A stretch of 64,000 bases of DNA from Pseudomonadota bacterium (lineage in GTDB: Bacteria > Desulfobacterota > Desulfobulbia > Desulfobulbales > SURF-16): NCBI GenBank assembly GCA_018897105.1, contig JAHILF010000031.1, positions 7,632 through 71,631 of the forward strand, in the 5' to 3' direction. How positions within the stretch are numbered: the first letter of the stretch is position 1; the number at the start of each line of letters is the position of its first letter. The notes beneath the pieces were generated by a model. It had not been told where the DNA came from, did not search any database, and was given only the letters and a program-made list of their open reading frames with translations. Shown here in pieces: positions 48,053-58,079 of this stretch. The translations under genes were made by a program, and so were the position numbers.

Positions 48053-50110
48053 ATGCCTGACAACCACAGGACCCAAAAAGATCTTCGCAACGAAATAACC
48101 AGCCTGAAATCGCGCATTTCTCAGTTGGAGCAGGAGTCTCCCGCAGGGCGGGATGATCACGCCGACTGGCCGAGAAAATATCGTTTCTTTGAATCCTTCA
48201 TTAACGAGCTGGTTGAACCTCTGATTGTCATTGATACGAATTATAATGTCAAATACGCCAATAAAGCCGCCTATCAAATCTCCGGTGAGTCATATTTCGA
48301 CAAGGAAGAGGATATTCCCTGCCATAAGCTTCTTTTCAACTCTGATACGAAATGCGGTGAGAGAGGCCAAAGCTGTCTGCTGCAGAAAGTTATCCAGGAT
48401 GGCAGACATGCCACCATGGATTACACCATACCACTGGCAAACGGTGAACAAATTGTCTTCGAGATTCTCGGCTCACCTATCTGCGGGCCTGACGGAAACC
48501 TGGTTGGCATCGTTTCAACCATTCGGGATGTTACCCAGCAACGATATGAACAAAAAATGCTGGAAAACGACCATGATTTTCTTGAGATGCGGGTCCAGGA
48601 AAAAATGGGTGAGCTGATCGACCTGAACCTGGCCCTACGCCAGGAGATTAAACAACGCCAGGAAACTGAACAGAAACTGCGCTGGGCCAAGGAACAGGCG
48701 GAACTGCTTTACCAGCTGTCGCCCTGTGCCATTTTCACTGTGGATTCACATCGTTATGTCACCTCATGGAACAAGAAGACTGAGGAGATCACCGGCTACT
48801 CCCACGATGAAATCAAGGGCAGAAAATGCTTCATCTTCTGCTCCCAGCCGTGCATGCTTCTCTCTGACGAAATAGAGAAACCCATCATAAGACATGAATG
48901 CACCTTGCGCACCAAGGATGGGCGCAAACTCTACATCTTGAAAAGTTCCGACTTCCTGCGCGACCCCAACGGCAAAGTCATCGGCGGCATTGAATCCTTT
49001 GAAGACATCACCCAGCTCAAACAGATGGATATGATGCTGCGCACCGAGCGAGACAAAATCCAGGGTATGATTGCGGCAACCAAACAGGGACTGCATATTC
49101 TTAACTCAAACTATGAAATTGAGTTTCAGAATGATGTCCTGAAAAATATTTTCGGCGATCAGATTGGCGTAAAATGCTACAAGGTCTACAAACAGCGCGA
49201 TGAGCCCTGCCCCAACTGCCGCATGCACAATGTAATCAAAAACAACCAGATAGAGCATGCCGATGACATCATCTTTAAGGGCAGGCATTACAGCCAGAGT
49301 TACGCGCCTTTCAAGGACACGGACGGGCAGACAAAATGTCTGGTGCTCCTGCGCGATATTACCGTCGAAAAGGCAAACAGGGTAAAAACCCTGCGCACAG
49401 CCCAGCTTGCCTCCATCGGTGAACTTGCTGCCGGCGTTGCCCATGAGATCAATAACCCCATCAACGGGATCATTAATTATGCCCAACTCATCATGGATGA
49501 TACTGAGCCCAATGACCCGAGAAATGTTCTCCTGGCACGCCTGATCAGTGAAGGAGAACGCGTAGCGGATATTGTCAGCAAATTGCTCGCCTTTGCCCGC
49601 CAAAGTGAAGATGCAAAAGACCCCTTCGGAAAAATTGACATCAAAAGTGTCCTGGAGGATTCATTCTCTCTTTTTGAACATCAATTTCTCAAAGATGGAA
49701 TCATTGCACACATCTATTTCCCGGAGGGTATTCCGTCACTGCGTGTTCACCCCCATCAGCTCCAGCAGGTCTTTGTTAATCTGCTCAGTAATGCCCGGCA
49801 CGCCTTGAACGACCGTTACAAAGGATCAGACCCCAACAAAATTCTTGAAATTAAAACATCTCTGGTGCAGACAGAAAAAGCAAGCCAGGTGAAAATTATT
49901 TTCACTGATCATGGAACCGGCATTGACAAAGAAATAATCAATATGGTTTTCAACCCCTTTTTCTCCACCAAAAAACCAGGGGAAGGGACCGGTTTGGGAC
50001 TCAGCATCAGTCAGGGTATCATACAGAGTTTTCAGGGCCAGATGTCGTTGGAAAGTGAGGCTGGGGAGTATACACGGGTAACCATTGAACTCCCGGTGCA
50101 GATGGAATGA
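48053..50110 (+). CDS. Soluble multi-PAS histidine kinase
   Basis: Three PAS domains, AHEINNP, QVFVNLLSNA, DHGTG and FFSTK..GEGTGLGL. Confidence 0.94.
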   Translation: MPDNHRTQKDLRNEITSLKSRISQLEQESPAGRDDHADWPRKYRFFESFINELVEPLIVIDTNYNVKYANKAAYQISGESYFDKEEDIPCHKLLFNSDTKCGERGQSCLLQKVIQDGRHATMDYTIPLANGEQIVFEILGSPICGPDGNLVGIVSTIRDVTQQRYEQKMLENDHDFLEMRVQEKMGELIDLNLALRQEIKQRQETEQKLRWAKEQAELLYQLSPCAIFTVDSHRYVTSWNKKTEEITGYSHDEIKGRKCFIFCSQPCMLLSDEIEKPIIRHECTLRTKDGRKLYILKSSDFLRDPNGKVIGGIESFEDITQLKQMDMMLRTERDKIQGMIAATKQGLHILNSNYEIEFQNDVLKNIFGDQIGVKCYKVYKQRDEPCPNCRMHNVIKNNQIEHADDIIFKGRHYSQSYAPFKDTDGQTKCLVLLRDITVEKANRVKTLRTAQLASIGELAAGVAHEINNPINGIINYAQLIMDDTEPNDPRNVLLARLISEGERVADIVSKLLAFARQSEDAKDPFGKIDIKSVLEDSFSLFEHQFLKDGIIAHIYFPEGIPSLRVHPHQLQQVFVNLLSNARHALNDRYKGSDPNKILEIKTSLVQTEKASQVKIIFTDHGTGIDKEIINMVFNPFFSTKKPGEGTGLGLSISQGIIQSFQGQMSLESEAGEYTRVTIELPVQME

Positions 50111-50141
50111 TTGAGATGCCAAGTAACAAGAGGACAAACAA

Positions 50142-51815
50142 ATGCAACCCCCTTCAGTGAACAATGACGATAAAATGACTTCCAAGAACGATGAGAATGC
50201 CTTCTGGGTCGCCCTGAACAAACAGTACCAGTTTCTATCATCCATAATTGATGAAGTTGTGGATCCCATCATAGTCATCGGCACTGACTTCAGGGTAAAA
50301 TTCGCTAACCGGGCGGCCTGTAACTTTGCCAGGGACAATGCCTGTATTCACGCAACGGAACCCTTCTGCTACAAACTGATTTTCGACTCGGACATTCCCT
50401 GTAATAAAGCAGGTAGAGACTGTCCGCTGATCATGGTGCTTGAGAACGACTCAACAGCCATCATAGAAATTGAACACATCAGGGCTAATGGACTGAAGCG
50501 TTTTTTCGAAGTGCAGGCTTCGCCGCTCACGAACAAGGAGGGTGAGCTCCTGGGTGTTGTTGAATCATTCCGTGATGTTACAGAGAGAAACAAATACGCG
50601 GAAATGCTGGAAAAGGGTCACGAGGAACTGGAACAGCGTGTTTTTGAGCGAACGGAAGAGCTGGTGAAAAGCAACGAAATTCTTGCCGAGCAGATTACCC
50701 GTCGTCAGCAAATTGAAAGAATTCTTCGGGGCGAAAGGGACAAATTCCACTGTATGCTGATGGCCATGAAGCAGGGCATGCACATCCTCAACGCCGACTA
50801 CACCATAGAGTTCCAAAATGATGTGGTTCTTTCCCTGCTTGGCGATGCAATCGGCCGCCATTGCTATGATGTGTATAAACAGCGTTCCCAGCCCTGTGAT
50901 CCGTGCATGATGGCAGAAGCCACAAAAACCGGTCAGGTACAACGGGCTGAGGAGCTTATGAGCAATAGCCGTTATTTCAGCCAGAGCTACTCCCCTTTTA
51001 AGGACATTGACGGCAAAATGAAGTGCCTCATCCTGCTCAACGATATAACGGAAGAAAAGGCTTATGCGGCCAAAAAAATCCGGACCAGTCAACTCGCCTC
51101 CATTGGTGAACTGGCTGCCGGAGTAGCTCACGAAATCAACAATCCGATTAATGGCATCATCAATTATGCCCAGATTCTTCTGGACGATATTGGGGCTCAG
51201 GAGCCAATTTCACCTATACTGAAGCGTGTTATCAGTGAAGGCGAGAGAATTGCCGATATCGTCAGCAAACTCCTTTCCTTTGCCCGCCAAGGCGATGATG
51301 ACAGTCAGGCATTTATGGAAACAAGCGTTCCGGAAGTTTTGGAAAATTCTCTCGCCCTGGTACGACATCAGCTTATAAAAGACGGCATAATTATTGCTGT
51401 GCATACCCAACCAGAAGTTCCCAATGTTTGGGTACATCCTCAACAGCTCGAACAGGTCTTTATTAACTTACTCAGCAATGCGCGATACGCATTGAACGAA
51501 AAATTCACAGGAAAGGATAAAAATAAAAGGCTCGATCTACAAATCAGTACATTTGCGGCGGGTAAAACCTATGTCCGGACATCAATCAGAGATTACGGTG
51601 TTGGCATTCCTGACGGAATCATTGACTTTGTCTGCAATACCTTTTTCTCCACCAAGAGAACAGGAGAGGGAACCGGGCTGGGCCTCAGTATCAGCCAAGG
51701 GTTGATAAAGAAATTCAACGGATTTTTACATATCGAAAGCGAACCTGGGCAATATACCAACATCACGGTAGATCTGCCCGCTCACACAGGTGGTCAGCAT
51801 GATGGACAGCATTGA
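50142..51815 (+). CDS. Soluble PAS histidine kinase (paralog of the preceding gene)
   Basis: Two PAS domains, AHEINNP, DYGVG and GTGLGL. Confidence 0.94.
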   Translation: MQPPSVNNDDKMTSKNDENAFWVALNKQYQFLSSIIDEVVDPIIVIGTDFRVKFANRAACNFARDNACIHATEPFCYKLIFDSDIPCNKAGRDCPLIMVLENDSTAIIEIEHIRANGLKRFFEVQASPLTNKEGELLGVVESFRDVTERNKYAEMLEKGHEELEQRVFERTEELVKSNEILAEQITRRQQIERILRGERDKFHCMLMAMKQGMHILNADYTIEFQNDVVLSLLGDAIGRHCYDVYKQRSQPCDPCMMAEATKTGQVQRAEELMSNSRYFSQSYSPFKDIDGKMKCLILLNDITEEKAYAAKKIRTSQLASIGELAAGVAHEINNPINGIINYAQILLDDIGAQEPISPILKRVISEGERIADIVSKLLSFARQGDDDSQAFMETSVPEVLENSLALVRHQLIKDGIIIAVHTQPEVPNVWVHPQQLEQVFINLLSNARYALNEKFTGKDKNKRLDLQISTFAAGKTYVRTSIRDYGVGIPDGIIDFVCNTFFSTKRTGEGTGLGLSISQGLIKKFNGFLHIESEPGQYTNITVDLPAHTGGQHDGQH

Positions 51816-53610
51816 CAGAATCGGTATGGATGAAGTGACGAAAAAAAACAGCGCCATCTTAATTGTTGATGATGAAGAAAGTCTACGCCTGACCTTCAAG
51901 ATGTTTCTCAGTAGAGAGGGCTACGGTCCGGTATCTGTTGCCACTTCCTATGATGAGGCCCTGGACCTGATTGAAAAACACCAATTCGATCTTATCATCA
52001 GCGATATTGTCATGGAAGGTTCTTCCGGCATTGATCTTCTGCGCCGCGTAAAGGAACTCGGCAGGAAATGCCCGGTGGTCATGGTCACGGGCTATCCGAA
52101 CATCAATTCAGCTGCCGAAGCGGTTCGTTTAGGCGCCTTCGACTATCTGGCCAAGCCAGTAAAAAAAGACAATCTCCTGCGGACAGCGCGCATGGCCCTC
52201 CAGCAGTTTGCCCTGCACAAGGAAAATGAGCAGCTTATTCTGGAAAAAGAGAGATATCAGCAGTATCTGGAAACCGTTTTCCGCAGTATCAAAGACCTCG
52301 TTGTCACTGTTGATGCTGAAATGATGATCATTGACATGAACAAAGAGGCCCGCAAGTGGCTGGAGAAGCTCAACCCTGGTACCGAGGCTAAGGGAAGAGT
52401 CGATGAACTGCCGTTTTTTGCTGAAATTTTCGGCTTTGACGCCCAGACAGTGCTCAAAAATGAACTTGAAGTTCCTGAACACCGGATGGAATTTGAATTT
52501 GAAGGACATGAAGTGACCATTTTCAGAGTCAGTGCTGCGCCTTTGCTCACATCGGACGGACATTTCCTCGGAGTTGTGCTGGTTGCCCGTGACGTGAGCC
52601 GTCTCGAAGCTCTTGAACAACGGGAAAAACGAATCGGCCTGCACAGATTGATCGGCAGCAGCAGAGCCATGCAGACTGTTTATACCCTTGTAGAAAATGT
52701 GGGCAAAGTCGACACCACGGTGTTAATTACAGGAGAAAGCGGCACAGGCAAGGAACTTGTCGCGGAAGCGCTCCACGCCGAAAGCCACAGAAGAGACATG
52801 CCGCTCATTAAGGTCGATTGTACGGCAATACCGGAAAACCTGCTGGAAAGCGAACTGTTCGGCCACAAGAAAGGGTCTTTTACCGGGGCTGATCGCGACC
52901 GCAAAGGACGTATTCTATCGGCGGACGGCGGCACTCTTTTCCTTGATGAAATCGGGGATATTTCGCCGATGATGCAGTTGCGCCTGCTGCGTTTTCTGCA
53001 GGAACGTACCTTTTATCCCGTTGGCGAAGACCAGCCCATGAAGGTTGATGTCAGGGTTATTGCCGCAACCAACGCCGATCTGAAGTCCCAGGTTATTGCA
53101 GGAAAATTTCGGGAGGATCTTTATTACAGGCTTAAAGTGGTCGATATTATCCTTCCCCCACTGCGTGACCGATATGACGACATTCCACTTCTGGTTAAAA
53201 AATTCATCGATCGTTTCAGTAAAAGACTCGACAAACCGATTAATGGCATCTCAGACCAGGCCCTGGGACAGCTTATAAAACACAATTGGCCTGGCAATGT
53301 AAGAGAACTGGAACATATTATCGAACGCGCCTGCGTTCTCTGCTCTGGAGCAACTCTTACACTGGCTAATCTGCCCCTTGAACTCCAGAATCAGGAGAGT
53401 GTGGAAATAGCTGAAATCGACGCCTTGTCCAGTTTACATACCAAAGCTGACTGGTCAGACAATGAAGGTGAACGAATTTTAAATACATTGCGCCTGACTT
53501 ACGGCAACAAAGCCCAGGCTGCCCGCATTCTCGGCATTGACCGCAGCACCCTGTACAGAAAAATAAGACAGTTTGACATCGATCTTTCACAGCTTGAATT
53601 GAGTTCTTAA
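51799..53610 (+). CDS. REC-PAS sigma54-dependent response regulator
   Basis: VDDE...SDIVM...KP receiver, PAS, GESGTGKE, GSFTGA and HTH (LGIDRSTLYRK). Confidence 0.94.
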   Translation: MMDSIDRIGMDEVTKKNSAILIVDDEESLRLTFKMFLSREGYGPVSVATSYDEALDLIEKHQFDLIISDIVMEGSSGIDLLRRVKELGRKCPVVMVTGYPNINSAAEAVRLGAFDYLAKPVKKDNLLRTARMALQQFALHKENEQLILEKERYQQYLETVFRSIKDLVVTVDAEMMIIDMNKEARKWLEKLNPGTEAKGRVDELPFFAEIFGFDAQTVLKNELEVPEHRMEFEFEGHEVTIFRVSAAPLLTSDGHFLGVVLVARDVSRLEALEQREKRIGLHRLIGSSRAMQTVYTLVENVGKVDTTVLITGESGTGKELVAEALHAESHRRDMPLIKVDCTAIPENLLESELFGHKKGSFTGADRDRKGRILSADGGTLFLDEIGDISPMMQLRLLRFLQERTFYPVGEDQPMKVDVRVIAATNADLKSQVIAGKFREDLYYRLKVVDIILPPLRDRYDDIPLLVKKFIDRFSKRLDKPINGISDQALGQLIKHNWPGNVRELEHIIERACVLCSGATLTLANLPLELQNQESVEIAEIDALSSLHTKADWSDNEGERILNTLRLTYGNKAQAARILGIDRSTLYRKIRQFDIDLSQLELSS

Positions 53611-53624
53611 AACATCTGACATCT

Positions 53625-53655
53625 CGTTAACCGCCGCTAACAGCGGCGGTTAACG
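53625..53655 (+). terminator. Stem-loop after the regulator operon
   Basis: CGTTAACCGCCGCT-AAC-AGCGGCGGTTAACG, perfect 14-bp stem. Confidence 0.7.
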
Positions 53656-53753
53656 CAATTCCAAAACAAATCTTCTGCATTTTCCAGCCGTTTTTTTTTC
53701 TGCAACAGTCGAGCAATAAAGTTCCGGAAAGTAACCCAATTGCGCTGTGACAG

Positions 53754-53772
53754 TGTTGCGTCTTCTGCAACA
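53754..53772. promoter_or_regulatory. Putative enhancer (UAS) for a sigma54 activator
   Basis: TGTTGC-N7-GCAACA about 120 bp upstream of a -24/-12 site. Confidence 0.6.
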
Positions 53773-53888
53773 GGAAACGCTGCATTCCCTGCCATCACCA
53801 CACTTTCTCCTTTTTTCCCCGCCAATCAAACAAATATTATATAAATATTTCAAGATGTTATTAACACAATTCCGATTTCACCCAACAC

Positions 53889-53904
53889 TGGCATGCCGCC
53901 TGCT
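53889..53904 (+). promoter_or_regulatory. sigma54 -24/-12 promoter
   Basis: TGGCATGCCGCCTGCT (GG-N10-GC). Confidence 0.75.
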
Positions 53905-53975
53905 TCATTAAATAAGTAGTATTGAAATGCAGTAGGCATCAACTCCTGAAAAGCTATTCTTCAAGGAGGCGAACC

Positions 53976-54191
53976 ATGCAGAATTCAACAAAACAGACAA
54001 CAAAAAGTCGTCAAACAGATCGAGAACAGCAAATTGAGCAAGAAGCATTTCTTATCGAGACAAGCATTATTTTCATCCTCAGCGCCCTCATTGGTGCATG
54101 GGCACTCACCTGCCTCCTCAGCGGAATAAGCCAGCATGGTGCCATTGAGATGATTAAAATCTGGATGGCTGCGTTCATGGACAGCCACTGA
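53976..54191 (+). CDS. Small membrane protein (71 aa)
   Basis: RBS AAGGAGG; one hydrophobic helix; downstream of the sigma54 promoter. Confidence 0.75.
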   Translation: MQNSTKQTTKSRQTDREQQIEQEAFLIETSIIFILSALIGAWALTCLLSGISQHGAIEMIKIWMAAFMDSH

Positions 54192-54476
54192 TATTTTTTG
54201 TGTTTCTCCACAAAAAATCCATCATCAGCATATGGGCACACACCTCCTTAACTACCTGTTTTTCTTTGGTTAACTAACTTATCAATGAAATGTGCCGCCA
54301 ATTTCATATTGGCTCTGGCAATTTTTGAAGAATACTCCCCTTGAATTTGGGGGGGGCTTTTATTCTTTCCTGCCCAACACCTGTGCTCATTTTACTCCAC
54401 AAGGCCCAAAGCTTGCATTTACAAAATAACAGGATAATTTTACTGAATAATGGCCTATTTTTCTGTGGAGGATTCA

Positions 54477-56291
54477 ATGAATTTCAGTTTCCGCAACTTT
54501 CTCATTCTTATTCTGGTGGCAGTAGCAGTTCTCATCGCTGTAGATTTCTGGAAAGCGGAAAAGAAACTTCCCGAAGTTGACTACTCCACTTTCATGGCCC
54601 AGTTGAACGATAAAGAGATCACAAAGGTGGCCATAGAAGGAGGAATAATTGAAGCAACGGACAAATTTGATCGGCAATATCAGACATTTGCACCTGATGT
54701 CAAAACAGTTTTGGAAAAACTTGAAAAACAGAATATTTCTATCAGTACACGTCCGCCAAAGGGAACCTCCATCTTTTCTCCATTTCTATTGATCATTGTT
54801 TTGGGCGGTTGGATGTATTTCCTGATGCGGCAGCAAAAAGGCAGCGGGTTTGCCAAGAATAACGCTTTAATAACTCCGACTAAAAAACTCGATATCACCT
54901 TTGAGGATGTGGCGGGTATTCCCGAAGCCAAGGAAGAGCTTGTTGAAACCGTAGAATTCCTCAAAAATTCCAGCAAATTCACCAAACTGGGAGGACATAT
55001 TCCCAAAGGCGTACTTCTTCAGGGCCCCCCGGGAACAGGCAAGACACTGCTGGCTAAGGCCATTGCCGGTGAAGCGGGTGTTCCATTCTACAGTATGAGT
55101 GGGTCTGATTTTGTGGAAATGTTCGTAGGCGTCGGCGCGTCAAGAGTTCGTAATCTTTTTGACCAGGCAAAAAAAAGCGCGCCCTGTATTATTTTCATAG
55201 ATGAAATAGATGCAGTGGGAAGAAGCCGTGGAGCTGCAGGCGCTCAAGGTGGGCAGGACGAAAGGGAGCAAACCCTGAATGCCTTGCTGGTTGAGATGGA
55301 TGGCTTTAAATCAGGGGAAACAGTTATCATAGTTGCCGCCACCAATCGCCCTGACGTACTTGACCCTGCCCTTCTGCGCCCAGGACGTTTTGATCGCCAG
55401 GTCAACATTTTACCTCCCGATGTGAAAGGAAGACAAAAGATTCTTGAGGTGCATGCCAAGAAACTCATCATGGGCAACGATGTTGCGCTTGTTAAAGTTG
55501 CCAAAAGCACCCCGGGGTTCACCGGTGCAGAGCTTGCCAACCTCATGAATGAATCGGCGCTGATGGCGGCCCGCAAAAACAAGAATTTTATAGAGACTGT
55601 TGATATTGAAGAAGCAAAGGACAGAATACTCATGGGAGCTGAACGCAAAGGAATGGTTATCACCGAACAGGAAAGAAAAGTGACGGCCTACCATGAGGCT
55701 GGACACGCTATTGTTGCGGAATTGCTGCCCGATGCCGACCCGGTCCATAAAATAACTATTATCCCGAGGGGAAGGGCAATGGGCGTGACGCAGCAGATCC
55801 CATTGGACGACCGACACTCCTATTCGCGGGAGTACCTGAGATCCAGGATAATGACTCTGCTGGGGGGCAGGACAGCGGAAGAAATTATTTTTAACCAATT
55901 TACCACCGGGGCCAGCAGTGATCTTCAGTCAGCAACAGAAATCGCCACCAAGATGATTTGCGAATGGGGCATGAGTGATCTGCTCGGCCCCCGCGCTTAT
56001 GTCGTGGCTGACCAGAGTTTTCTCCAGACCGGTACGGTAAAACGCTCTTACAGTGAAGAGACTGCGCGGGCCATAGATATGGAAATCAATAAAATCATAG
56101 AAGATTGCTACCAGGAAACCATGATCATTCTTGAGGGGAAAATAGGCTTTCTCCACAAACTTGCTGAGACACTGCTTTTGTCAGAAACCATTAATGCAGA
56201 AGAGGTTAATATTATTCTAAAATGTAAGGAGATCAGCAGACTGAACGAAGAAATGTTGCGCGGCAGACAACAACGAACATATCCAACATAG
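54477..56291 (+). CDS. ftsH: ATP-dependent zinc metalloprotease FtsH (probably a paralog)
   Basis: Two TMs, [34 protein letters not shown] and HEAGH. Confidence 0.95.
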   Translation: MNFSFRNFLILILVAVAVLIAVDFWKAEKKLPEVDYSTFMAQLNDKEITKVAIEGGIIEATDKFDRQYQTFAPDVKTVLEKLEKQNISISTRPPKGTSIFSPFLLIIVLGGWMYFLMRQQKGSGFAKNNALITPTKKLDITFEDVAGIPEAKEELVETVEFLKNSSKFTKLGGHIPKGVLLQGPPGTGKTLLAKAIAGEAGVPFYSMSGSDFVEMFVGVGASRVRNLFDQAKKSAPCIIFIDEIDAVGRSRGAAGAQGGQDEREQTLNALLVEMDGFKSGETVIIVAATNRPDVLDPALLRPGRFDRQVNILPPDVKGRQKILEVHAKKLIMGNDVALVKVAKSTPGFTGAELANLMNESALMAARKNKNFIETVDIEEAKDRILMGAERKGMVITEQERKVTAYHEAGHAIVAELLPDADPVHKITIIPRGRAMGVTQQIPLDDRHSYSREYLRSRIMTLLGGRTAEEIIFNQFTTGASSDLQSATEIATKMICEWGMSDLLGPRAYVVADQSFLQTGTVKRSYSEETARAIDMEINKIIEDCYQETMIILEGKIGFLHKLAETLLLSETINAEEVNIILKCKEISRLNEEMLRGRQQRTYPT

Positions 56292-56355
56292 TGCCACACA
56301 TATGTAGCTACACATGTGTAGCATGCAACACTTTCTGCCACACATGTGTGTAGCA
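56292..56355. promoter_or_regulatory. Triple palindromic array, putative activator sites
   Basis: TGCCACACATATGTAGC, GCTACACATGTGTAGC (perfect) and TGCCACACATGTGTGTAGCA. Confidence 0.6.
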
Positions 56356-56452
56356 TCGCCTCTCCCAAAATGAGCCTTTATTCATTTTTTTTATTTTTCC
56401 ACTTCATCCTGACACGCATTTCAATTTTCACCAACAATAAACCCACAACATC

Positions 56453-56469
56453 TTGGCACTGTTTATGCT
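56453..56469 (+). promoter_or_regulatory. sigma54 -24/-12 promoter of the cytochrome operon
   Basis: TTGGCACTGTTTATGCT (GG-N10-GC). Confidence 0.8.
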
Positions 56470-56577
56470 TAAGGATTATTTCGAACAGTATTGCAGGCGT
56501 AAGCCACATTCAAAATTAAGGGGTCGAGTTTTTTCAAGAGCCTGACTTTTTCATTCATTCTCAAAAGGAGAAAGGAA

Positions 56578-57099
56578 ATGGGTTTGAAAACAGGAAAACA
56601 AGTTGGCCTAGCTGCATTAATCGCTATGGCAGCACCATTGGTATTGCCATTTAGTGTTCATGGAGAGGTCTTTGAGCTAAGCAGCCTTGCTAACCTATAT
56701 GAAGGGGTCAGCTTTGATCATGACATGCATATTGAGGCGCTTGAAGACGATTGCTCCTTATGCCACCACCACACAGCAGGCACTCCACCTGAAGAACCGA
56801 CGTGCATTCCTTGTCATAAAAACAGTCCCGAAGCTGATTCACCGGCATGCAGCAGTTGTCATCTCATCGAACCGTTTTCTTCTGCCAATCTTGCAATAAG
56901 TGAAAAAAATCCACTTCTTCATCACAAAGCAAAACCAGGGCTTAAAGCTGCTTTTCACCAGAACTGCATGGGTTGTCACCAGGAAACTGGCGGACCTGTT
57001 GGTTGCCAGGATTGCCACGCCATGACCGAAAAGGGTGAGAAATTCTACAACACAGGAAAATACGCCCCAAAACCTCACACGGAAACTGGCCATCATTAA
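56578..57099 (+). CDS. Class III (c3-type) cytochrome c with five CxxCH motifs
   Basis: Signal peptide, FDHDMH, CSLCH, CIPCH, CSSCH, CMGCH, CQDCH and PGLKAAFH. Confidence 0.92.
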   Translation: MGLKTGKQVGLAALIAMAAPLVLPFSVHGEVFELSSLANLYEGVSFDHDMHIEALEDDCSLCHHHTAGTPPEEPTCIPCHKNSPEADSPACSSCHLIEPFSSANLAISEKNPLLHHKAKPGLKAAFHQNCMGCHQETGGPVGCQDCHAMTEKGEKFYNTGKYAPKPHTETGHH

Positions 57100-57137
57100 A
57101 ATTGACGTAAAATTGAGACCAATGCATAGGTGAAAAT

Positions 57138-58067
57138 ATGAAGAAATTGAACAGAAGAAATTTTATCAAGGGTAGTCTGGCAGGAGGTATCGCTACTGTC
57201 GCCGCCTCCGGTAAAGCCAAAAAAGCCTCAGCAGCCGGGGGTGATTTTGGTGGCTATCCGGAAAGCATGGGAGTTCTGGTGGACATGACCAAATGTGTCG
57301 GTTGCCGCACATGTGAAGCAGCATGCAACAAGGAACAAGGCCTGCCTGAACCGGATAAACCCTTTGATGATTACAGCGTATTTGATGAGCATCGCCACGG
57401 GGGATTGCCCCGCCGTACAACAGAAAAGGCTTACACTGTTGTAAACCGCTACAATGTTGAAGGACGTGATCACCCTCTTTTTAGAAAATTCCAATGCAAT
57501 CACTGTAACGAACCTGCTTGCCTGACCTCCTGTTTTGTCAATGCCTACACAAAAACTCCTGAAGGGGCAGTTATCTATAACCCCAAAGTATGTGTCGGCT
57601 GCCGTACATGCATGGTGGCCTGTCCCTTTTATGTTCCCGCATACAGTTTCACCAGTGCTATCAATCCGGTAGTTAAAAAATGCATCATGTGCTATGACAC
57701 CCGCCTTAAATTCGGACGTCCACCTGCATGTGTTGAATCTTGTCCTCAAGGCGTAATGACTTTCGGTAAACGGAAAGACCTTATTGCTCTTGCCCATCAA
57801 AAGATTGAGGGAAACCCGGGGAAATACGTCGATCACTTGTATGGAGAACATGAAGTAGGCGGTACATCGTGGATGTATCTCTCTGATGTGCCATTTGACA
57901 AGATCGGCTTTGACATGCACCTCGGAAAAGAACCAATTATCAGCTACGTCAAGGATTTTCTTGCCATGGTCCCTATGGTTCTCTGCATCTGGCCAGCATT
58001 GTTCACCGGCTTTCATCTCCTGTCAACCAGGAAACAGGCAAATAAAGAAGAGTCGCCCAAGGCATAA
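57138..58067 (+). CDS. HmcB/HybA-like periplasmic 4Fe-4S protein
   Basis: Tat motif NRRNFIK, four Cys clusters, YGEHEVGGTSW and C-terminal TM. Confidence 0.92.
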   Translation: MKKLNRRNFIKGSLAGGIATVAASGKAKKASAAGGDFGGYPESMGVLVDMTKCVGCRTCEAACNKEQGLPEPDKPFDDYSVFDEHRHGGLPRRTTEKAYTVVNRYNVEGRDHPLFRKFQCNHCNEPACLTSCFVNAYTKTPEGAVIYNPKVCVGCRTCMVACPFYVPAYSFTSAINPVVKKCIMCYDTRLKFGRPPACVESCPQGVMTFGKRKDLIALAHQKIEGNPGKYVDHLYGEHEVGGTSWMYLSDVPFDKIGFDMHLGKEPIISYVKDFLAMVPMVLCIWPALFTGFHLLSTRKQANKEESPKA

Positions 58068-58079
58068 CAGGAGGAAGAA

